From Thraustochytrium aureum (taxonomy: Eukaryota), in the NCBI GenBank assembly GCA_012862495.1, contig BLSG01000397.1, forward strand, positions 1-57,750: a stretch of 57,750 nucleotides of DNA. The letters run 5' to 3'. The first letter of the stretch is position 1; every line of letters begins with the position of its first letter. The notes under the pieces were generated by a model. The model did not search any database. It saw nothing but the letters and a program-made list of their open reading frames with translations, and had not been told where the DNA came from. The position numbers were made by a program, and so were the translations under genes. Shown here piece by piece: positions 45,464-53,493 of this stretch.

Positions 45464-45730
45464 CTCTGTCGGCGCGCATCGGAGCGAGCTGCGCTGCGCC
45501 TTGTGCGGGAGGCGAGCGAGGCGTGAGGAACGGCCGACTCTGGAATACAGCTAGCTAGTTGTCGGCAAAGCACAATATTTTCCGTTTTCTGGGGGCCGCC
45601 CGCTGCTCCACCACAGACGCTTGCCGCGAGCGAGGGCCAAGCTCAGCCGATGGGCTGGCGGCTGTTCGGCGTGCGGCGCGCTCCAGCGACCGCCAACAGT
45701 GCCAGTTCGGCTGGAGGCTTGCACAGCTCT

Positions 45731-47245
45731 CTACCGCACTATCTCAATGCGCGCCGCCGTGCGCGCCGCCGTGACGTCGCCAAGGCGCTCGACTATGTAC
45801 TCGTTCTGGAAAAGCCCCGTGGGATCCAGCGCGGAGCGCACGCGGTTGAAGTCGCCCATCTTGGAATAGACGCGCTCCAAGTCCCCGCGCTTCGCAAAGT
45901 TCTCTTTCCCCCAGTGCGGCACGCCTTGAAACTCTGCGACAGCGATTCGCTCTAGAGCGTTTGCAAGGCGATTAAACTCGGTCGTGTTGCCTGTTGCCTC
46001 CCGAGTGCCTTCCACGATCAAGCTGATGACCGCTGAGTCGCGGCCATTCTGCGGGCTCAGCCAAATCTCGTCCGCCGAGACGTATCGAACGCCGAGAAAC
46101 ACAGTGGCGAGGGGGTCGCGGCCGGACATGCCTGCCGGGCCAGTCGCCCACGAAACGAAAGCGTCGACGGCGGCCTGCCCGAGCCCAGCTGGCACAAACA
46201 TCTCCATCTCGGTGTACAGCTTGCGCGCGCGGTACCCTTGGCGACTGTCACTGAGCGCCTTGTAGGCCACGTCAGTGCACGAGCCCACGACAGTTCCCCC
46301 GGTCTCTTCGTCAAGCCTCGGCGCAAAGTCCGAGCTGCGCGACCAACAGCCAGACGCTGCGTTCCCGTGCGGAGGGCGGGGCACCTCTGTGCGCACCAGA
46401 AGTGTCGCGTTCTTGGATGACGACTCGTACGGAAAGTAAAACCACTGCACGCGCTCGTGGCGCGCAAGGACTTGTGGAAGCACCGCTGCAAGGCGGTGCG
46501 CCGGCAGCGAGATGGTCTCTAGACGAAGGTAGAACAGCGGCCTCACCTCGAGCGTGACGCGGGTTATGACGCCCAAGGCGCCAAGACTGATTCGCGCCGC
46601 AGCGAAAACGCCTGGCATGCTCGCGGCGTCAACGTCGAGCAGCTCCCCGGACGCGGTCACCAGCCTCAGGCCGCGTACCAGTGTTGATATCGATCCCAGC
46701 TTGGCCCCAGTCCCGTGCGTCCCGGTCGAGATGGCGCCGGCAACGCTTTGCTCCGTCGTCGCGCCAAGATTCTCTAGTGCGAGCTGGTGGCGTTCGAGGA
46801 AGTCGTTCAGTTCGAACAGCCGCATCCCCGCCTGGACGGTCACCAGCGCTGCGTCTGAGCCGGTCGGCAGGTGAATGCTAATCGGGTCCCTCATTCGGTC
46901 CAGCGACAGGAAGTATGCGCCGCTGTCCTGAGTGATCGCCGAGAACGAATGGCCAGCACCTACGACCCGAACCCGAACTCGCTCTCGCGCCGCGCGCTGC
47001 ACGGTCGCGACGACCTCCGCCTCGCTCTCGGGAAGCACAAAGCTGAGCGGGTGGCACACCTTCTTCCCGTCCCAGTCGGACCAGCTCAGCCCGGAGAGCC
47101 CTCCTCGCAGCCCGCCATCGTCAAACTCGGATCGGCGTGGGCTGCTGCCGCCTCGAACGCCATCCGCCGCAGCGACGTCGACGCCGAGCGAAGCAACGAC
47201 CAGCGCGCTGGCAGACACGGCGACGATTCTTGCAGTCCAAACCAT
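45731..47245 (-). CDS. L-gulonolactone oxidase / D-arabinono-1,4-lactone oxidase-like flavoprotein with signal peptide
   Basis: Signal peptide; WSDW, PESEAEV, RVVGAGHSFS (covalent-FAD His), QSVAGAISTGTHGTG, SLGALGVI, TEME, PHWGK, LDPTGLFQNEY. Confidence 0.9.
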   Translation of the reverse strand: MVWTARIVAVSASALVVASLGVDVAAADGVRGGSSPRRSEFDDGGLRGGLSGLSWSDWDGKKVCHPLSFVLPESEAEVVATVQRAARERVRVRVVGAGHSFSAITQDSGAYFLSLDRMRDPISIHLPTGSDAALVTVQAGMRLFELNDFLERHQLALENLGATTEQSVAGAISTGTHGTGAKLGSISTLVRGLRLVTASGELLDVDAASMPGVFAAARISLGALGVITRVTLEVRPLFYLRLETISLPAHRLAAVLPQVLARHERVQWFYFPYESSSKNATLLVRTEVPRPPHGNAASGCWSRSSDFAPRLDEETGGTVVGSCTDVAYKALSDSRQGYRARKLYTEMEMFVPAGLGQAAVDAFVSWATGPAGMSGRDPLATVFLGVRYVSADEIWLSPQNGRDSAVISLIVEGTREATGNTTEFNRLANALERIAVAEFQGVPHWGKENFAKRGDLERVYSKMGDFNRVRSALDPTGLFQNEYIVERLGDVTAARTAARIEIVR

Positions 47246-48473
47246 TTCGGGGGCCGGCCGCCGCTCTGCTGCTCAGGCCGTGCGGCCCAGGCCGAGAATA
47301 CGAACGCGATGTGCTCGAGTACAGAACGTAAACGGAGTGCAACGCAGCGCAGCGCTCTGCTCGCCCCTCCGCGGCCTGGAGTCTGCAAGCCCAAGTCGTT
47401 CGAGGGTTGGGCACAAATGTGGGCGACCCTCCGATCCGTTGGTTGTCGCCTCGAACCCATCCATCATCCTCGACCCCTGCCGACAGGCCCAAGGCCCGGG
47501 TTGCAGAGCCCTGCTGCGCCAGGCCGTGCTGGGTCGTGCGCGCTGCGAGGCCGTTGGCAAATGCCAGCCAAAGCTGGGTCGTGCTGTTCTGGGGACTCGA
47601 GGGGCGGCGAGGTTTTCGCCGTTTAGTAGCGCGCGGTTGTTGTGCTTGCGAGCGAGTTGAGGCGCTCGGTAGAGGCGTGAGCGTGGGCGGCTGCCGCGGG
47701 AACGCCCCACGTATCCGTTTCGCCGCGCGCAAGCGCGCTTCGTCGCAAGCGCGCTTCGTTGTTGTGAGTTGTTGAAGAAACGACCGAGTTTAGTTCATTT
47801 CTCCACGCAAATGTCCGTTCGATTCCCGAACCAGCCGCATTCGAGCCAAGCAAACCAAACGACGATGCTCGGCTTCGAGCCAAGCAAACCAGATGGCGAC
47901 GCTCGGCTTGTTACCTGGCTGATACTGCCTGCTATACTATCTGGTCGAGCACCTCCCTCACACGTCGGAGTCGGTCCTGGCGTTCGTGCGTGCGTGCGAG
48001 AAACCCGGTGCCAGCGACCACGGAAAGTACCATCTCGCGGCCTGTCTACCTCCGGTGCACGTCAACGATCAGGGAGAGCGCCGGCCTCAACGCAGCCTTC
48101 ACGGGCGAAGGTCGACTTGAACGAGACCTGACCTGCCTCCAGGAAATTCTGTCCGTTATCACAGCAACCACGCAAATTCCACCGCGACACCCGAAAATGC
48201 GNNNNNNNNNNNNNNNNNNNNNNNNNNNNNNNNNNNNNNNNNNNNNNNNNNNNNNNNNNNNNNNNNNNNNNNNNNNNNNNNNNNNNNNNNNNNNNNNNNN
48301 NNNNNNNNNNNNNNNNNNNNNNNNNNNNNNNNNNNNNNNNNNNNNNNNNNNNNNNNNNNNNNNNNNNNNNNNNNNNNNNNNNNNNNNNNNNNNNNNNNNN
48401 NNNNNNNNNNNNNNNNNNNNNNNNNNNNNNNNNNNNNNNNNNNNNNNNNCCGTTGCAGCGCTCTGCGTGCGCA

Positions 48474-49622
48474 ATGTGCGAGCCGTATACGTTTGCCTAC
48501 ACGGATGCAGTCTGCTCAGGTCATGGTGTGTGCAATCAAGAGCTCCAGCGCTGCGTGTGCTCGTCGGCGTGGACAGGAAAGAATGACTTCCTCGACTTGG
48601 ACGGCCGTGCGTGCCAGAACCCTGTCCCTCTAATGCTCGCGATGTGGTCGATCTGCTTGCTTCGATGGCTCAAGCTGCTGAAGACCCATATTCGTATCTT
48701 CAAGTTTCAGCGTCGGGCCTTCAACATACGGCATAAACGAACTCTTGGCGAAACGAAACCCTTCCTGCGAACGTCGCAAGGGTTGCTTATCGCAATCTCG
48801 ACAACTGTCACCGTACCGAGCACGTTGGCGCTGTGCATGTCGAAGCTGGTCTCACAAAATTCTGTTGGCGGAGACGTCTTGCCCACAGTTTTGCTGGCCA
48901 CGACAACCGTGGCCAGCTGGATTCCCGGGATCAAAACGCAGATCGACACCTTTGACCTGTTCTTCAACGAGACGACACTGAGTACCAGCTGGGCGAAAAA
49001 TCTCACCAAAAAGTTGAAGCAGGCTACAAAGGCCTCCGTCATCCTTTACTGTTCTGGCGTCGTCGCCGTTCTCGTGCCGATAGTCATGCTGCATCGCTCA
49101 GAAGAATCGCATGACATCAAACTGGTCGAGTTGTTTGAGATCCGCGTGACGATTCAGCTCGCTTTTCTGCTGTCTCAACTTGTAATGAACTGGGTTCTCA
49201 AGCGCGCTTTGCAAGCGAAAATGGAGGATCTGGGCAGTCACGAGCAAGGTGCGACCATGTCTGCAAACCTGCAGGCCGCTCTGGATCGGCTGGAGACGGT
49301 GCAAGCAAATGCGCGGAAGGCGTTGATTGTTGCGTGCATCTTATCTGCGATATTCTTCGTGCCGCATTTGATACAGCACGCCGAGCTGTACCTCGCGTTT
49401 ATGCTGATGATGCTGCCGGGCAAGAACCACTACATCCACAGCTTTTCGTCTTCGAACACAAGGCGGTCCACGAGCGTTTTCCCGAGAACAGGGCGAGACG
49501 CTAGCACCTCGCGGCCTAACGCCGGTGGTTTCTCCAGCAAAGGATCGCGGCCGCCCAGCATAGCGGCTGGAACAAACGAGGCGATGACGTGCTGCGCCTC
49601 GGAGCAACCTGTCGGGAATTGA
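48474..49622 (+). CDS. EGF-like domain + multi-pass (6-7 TM) receptor-like membrane protein
   Basis: CSGHGVCNQELQRCVCSSAWTGKND...C followed by ~6-7 hydrophobic helices and a Ser-rich tail; true start may lie in the gap. Confidence 0.72.
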   Translation: MCEPYTFAYTDAVCSGHGVCNQELQRCVCSSAWTGKNDFLDLDGRACQNPVPLMLAMWSICLLRWLKLLKTHIRIFKFQRRAFNIRHKRTLGETKPFLRTSQGLLIAISTTVTVPSTLALCMSKLVSQNSVGGDVLPTVLLATTTVASWIPGIKTQIDTFDLFFNETTLSTSWAKNLTKKLKQATKASVILYCSGVVAVLVPIVMLHRSEESHDIKLVELFEIRVTIQLAFLLSQLVMNWVLKRALQAKMEDLGSHEQGATMSANLQAALDRLETVQANARKALIVACILSAIFFVPHLIQHAELYLAFMLMMLPGKNHYIHSFSSSNTRRSTSVFPRTGRDASTSRPNAGGFSSKGSRPPSIAAGTNEAMTCCASEQPVGN

Positions 49623-50193
49623 CATTTATATAATTAGGAGCGCAATGATGACGCCACTCAGCTTGTCAGCGGTCTTCGTCGCCGGCCGCTCGAACTTGTC
49701 TCCGGCGGCAAGATGGGCTTGCAAGAAAACGAAATTACATGCGCGCGAGAGCGACACAGGTCGCTTCGGGGCGGAAGGTCGCTTTCGATTTGCGTACTCC
49801 GCAGCGCAGACCTCCTGCAATCTCTTCGCTCCGGATCGGTTGCCAGAGTGCTCGTACGCATGACAACGCTTGAAAACAATGGCCAACGCGCGTGTCCATC
49901 GTCCCCATCGTCCTTGCACAAGCACGAACAGATCAGAACAGAACAGCGTTTCAAGACCTTTACGATGATGACCACCTCGTGATAGCTCGTGCGCTGTGCA
50001 ACGCCGCGTCGCCAACGCGCACGACGAGACCCTCCCGAGCCCGCACGGCCGCTCCAGAGGCCGGCCACTCGTCATTCGATCGTGGCACAAGCGTCTCGAG
50101 CCGGAGTGGATGGACTCCGACTCGGATGTGGCCCTTTTTCAACGGTCGCCAGCCCGCAACGCCCGAGTTAGTCGCACATTCGGGACACCCCCC

Positions 50194-50340
50194 GAGTTGC
50201 GCGTTGGAGCGCGCGAGTTGCGCGTTCGGAACCGCCAGGTGCGCTTTGCGGCGCGGCAGTTGCGCTTCGGTGCGCGGGCGCTGCGCGTTCGGGTGCCGGA
50301 GTCGCGCATTTTGGTGCCGGAGTTGCGCATTTGGGGCGCG
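50194..50340. repeat. Degenerate 21-bp tandem repeat (GAGTTGCGCGTTCGG-like) x~7 immediately upstream of TEX9
   Basis: Recurring (GA/CA)GTTGCGC(G/A/T)TT at ~21-bp spacing. Confidence 0.7.
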
Positions 50341-50359
50341 GGACCTGCGCGGCTGTGGA

Positions 50360-51439
50360 ATGGACGCGCTCGAGCAGCGCGAGGCAGAGCTGCTCCGCCA
50401 AGACGAAGAGCTCGAGCGGCGGCAGCGGCAGGTCGTCGAGGACGCCGACCTCGCGCTTCGAGCCCAGGACGAGCGCCTTGAAGCTGTGCTGGGCCGCGCC
50501 ACGGCGCGCTTGGGCCCAACAGGAAGGCAAGGAGGCGCTCCTACGAGCCCGGCCCAGCGCGGAGAGGACGAAGAAAAGCAGGGCAGGCGCCAAAGCAAAC
50601 CGCAGGCAGCCGCGAGCCGCGCCACTGCGCAAGGGGCGACTCGCGCACGCCAAAACGTCGGTCGGCGCTCCACGGGGAGCGGTAGCAAAAGCAACAACAA
50701 TGGCGACGACTCGAGCAACGCGCCTGCGAGCGCGAGATCCGCGTCGCGAAGCGCGGCGGAAGAAAAGTCGCCTAGTTGTCATGACCCGATCGAGAGCTTG
50801 GCAGGCGTGGCGGCCGACGCGCAGGAGATCGGGCCGGACGCCGTAATTCGGCTGCAACGCGCCAAGCTCAAGGCTCTGGCCGACGAACTGGCGAAGGCGC
50901 AAGAGCGCGGCAAGCTGGCGAGCGAGCAGAACCAAGCGAACAAGAAAAAGGCGGCGCAGGCCAAGGATGAAGCCCTCAAGCTGCAAAAGAGGTGCCAAAG
51001 TCTGGAAGCCGCGCGGGACAAAATCAAAAGCGAGGCCACTGCGCTGCGCGACCGCGTCGCAGACCTCGAGGCACAGCTTGCAAGCCTGAACCGCGAGCTC
51101 AAGGAGACCGACCGCGCTGCCAAGCACGTGGAAACACAAGGCAACTCGAAGGACGTGCGGCTCCACCGCGCTCTCGACGAGGTGGAGAAGCTCAAGGAGC
51201 GTCTGCGGGTGAGCGAAGCAGAGCGCAAGTCTGGGACCGAGGCGGTCGAGGTGGAGCTCAAGCGCACGCGCGCTGAGAATAAGCGGCTAGACCGGCAGAA
51301 GCAAGAGCTCCTTGGCGCGTTTAGAAAGCAGCTCAAGCTCATCGACGTGCTCAAGCGGCAGAAGATCCACCTCGAGGCCGCCAAGATGCTCTCGTTCACG
51401 GAGGACGAGTTTACCCGCACACTAGAGAACCACGCGTGA
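50360..51439 (+). CDS. TEX9: Testis-expressed protein 9 (TEX9) homolog, coiled-coil centrosome/cilium protein
   Basis: MDALEQREAELLR; IRLQRAKLKAL, DVRLHRALDEVEK, C-terminal FRKQLKLIDVLKRQKIHLEAAKMLSFTEDEF. Confidence 0.9.
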   Translation: MDALEQREAELLRQDEELERRQRQVVEDADLALRAQDERLEAVLGRATARLGPTGRQGGAPTSPAQRGEDEEKQGRRQSKPQAAASRATAQGATRARQNVGRRSTGSGSKSNNNGDDSSNAPASARSASRSAAEEKSPSCHDPIESLAGVAADAQEIGPDAVIRLQRAKLKALADELAKAQERGKLASEQNQANKKKAAQAKDEALKLQKRCQSLEAARDKIKSEATALRDRVADLEAQLASLNRELKETDRAAKHVETQGNSKDVRLHRALDEVEKLKERLRVSEAERKSGTEAVEVELKRTRAENKRLDRQKQELLGAFRKQLKLIDVLKRQKIHLEAAKMLSFTEDEFTRTLENHA

Positions 51440-51590
51440 AGGCGCGCTTGTTGGCAGCCTCGCGAAACGCGTGACTGGACTGGGCAAGCAACCTTCTTGA
51501 TCAAAATAGTGGTGCAACGCTAGGTACGAACTTTGCCCAAAAAAAGATAGCATCAGCTGCGCGCTGCAGGCGCGAACCATCGCGAGCCGC

Positions 51591-52769
51591 TCACGGCTTT
51601 TTCTCAGGGGGCGCGATCGAGTCCTGGCGGCGCAGCCAGTCCGGGAGCTTGTACAAGTCGTAAATCTGGCCGTCCTCCTGCGTGAGCTTCTTAAAGTCAA
51701 GCGGAAGCTTTTGCAGGATCCCGTTCGCCGGGTCGAAGACGAGCCCGTGCACGCGCGGCAGCGCAAGGTCGCGAGCCTGCGAGAGAGCAAAAGCGTTAGT
51801 GGGCTTGGGCGTTCTGGTGCCGCTGCGCAGAGCCGCACGTGCTGACTTACAATGTACGACTTGATGCGACGCTGCTGCACCGTGCCGATCTTGAACACGT
51901 TGAGGCACTGCTCCTGCACGTTAAGCTCTACCAAGCGGCGCACGCGCTGCTCCTGGTCGCTGATGGAGAGCAGCTCCTCGCGATGAAAGCGCGCCACGTC
52001 GCGGATGTTGCGCAGCCAGTTCTCCTGCGGCACAGCCAAGTCAGTGCGACGAGGCCTCGCGATGCCTCTCGGTTGTGCGCGCCTTCCAACTTACGACAAT
52101 GCCGAGGCCGCCGTCCTCCGGGCGCGCGATCGAGCCGCGCACGGCGCCGCAGTCGTAGTGGCCGACCACGAGGATGTGCGGGACCCTGAGGAAGTTGACG
52201 GCAAAGTCGACAACTGAGAGCAAGTTCAGGTCGGTGCCGGAGACGACGTTGCCGATGTTGCGGTGCACACTGCGAGCAAGCCAAGGGCGCTTGTCAGCGT
52301 GATCCATTTCCTTGCGCAAGCGGCTGCTGCAGGCGCCCGCTTCGGGTTGTGGAACTTACAAGAGCTTGCCTTGGTCGAGGCCCATAAGGCGGCCAGGGTC
52401 GACGCGGGCGTCGCTGCACCCGATGTACAGGTACCTCGGCTGCTGCTTGCCGCCGAGCCGCTTGAAGAACTCGGGGTCCTCCTTGTTCATGCGCTCAACC
52501 CAGTGGCGGTTTCCGCGCAGCAAGTCCTCAAGGTCCAGCGAGGACCCGAGCAGCTCTTCTGGCGCCTGGGCCTCCTCTTCGCGAATGTAGTCTTCCACGG
52601 CCTTGAGCACGCGGTCCTCCGTGTCCGTGCAGGACGTGTGGTCGCCATTGTCCTTGCCGTGCCTGAGCGGCGCCGAGGCATGAACGCCCCGCGCAGCGCC
52701 CGCCGACGCAGCCGCGCACTGCCGCCCAGCGAGCCCGAAGGCCGTCCTGCGCGCGAGCGAAGCAAGCAT
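51591..52769 (-). CDS. Beta-class carbonic anhydrase, probably mitochondrial, 4 exons
   Basis: Exons 52769-52360, 52269-52095, 52024-51851, 51776-51591; all introns GTAAGT...CAG. YLYIGCSDARV, LFVHRNIGN, VGHYDCG, ENWLRNIRDV, LVELNVQEQ, VHGLVFD; N-terminal transit peptide. Confidence 0.95.
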
Positions 52770-53493
52770 TTCCGTCGTCGCCCAAGCTCGTCTCGCTCCA
52801 GCACCAGCGCACCGCGCAGCCTGCCCGCCAACCAGCCAACCTGCCAACCAGCCAACCTGCCTGCCTGCCCGCGTGCGCGCGTGCGTGCGTGTCCAGGTCG
52901 CTTGGGCTGCGAGCGCGCGGTTTCAANNNNNNNNNNNNNNNNNNNNNNNNNNNNNNNNNNNNNNNNNNNNNNNNNNNNNNNNNNNNNNNNNNNNNNNNNN
53001 NNNNNNNNNNNNNNNNNNNNNNNNNNNNNNNNNNNNNNNNNNNNNNNNNNNNNNNNNNNNNNNNNNNNNNNNNNNNNNNNNNNNNNNNNNNNNNNNNNNN
53101 NNNNNNNNNNNNNNNNNNNNNNNNNNNNNNNNNNNNNNNNNNNNNNNNNNNNNNNNNNNNNNNNNNNNNNNNNNNNNNNNNNNNNNNNNNNNNNNNNNNN
53201 NNNNNNNNNNNNNNNNNNNNNNNNNNNNNNNNNNNNNNNNNNNNNNNNNNNNNNNNNNNNNNNNNNNNNNNNNNNNNNNNNNNNNNNNNNNNNNNNNNNN
53301 NNNNNNNNNNNNNNNNNNNNNNNNNNNNNNNNNNNNNNNNNNNNNNNNNNNNNNNNNNNNNNNNNNNNNNNNNNNNNNNNNNNNNNNNNNNNNNNNNNNN
53401 NNNNNNNNNNNNNNNNNNNNNNNNNNNNNNNNNNNNNNNNNNNNNNNNNNNNNNNNNNNNNNNNNNNNNNNNNNNNNNNNNNNNNNNNNNNNN

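Noticed and set aside
45440..45530. Stop-codon readthrough giving ECH1 a peroxisomal PTS1
   Set aside because: Context is TAG CTC and the readthrough extension ends in SEA, not an SKL-type signal
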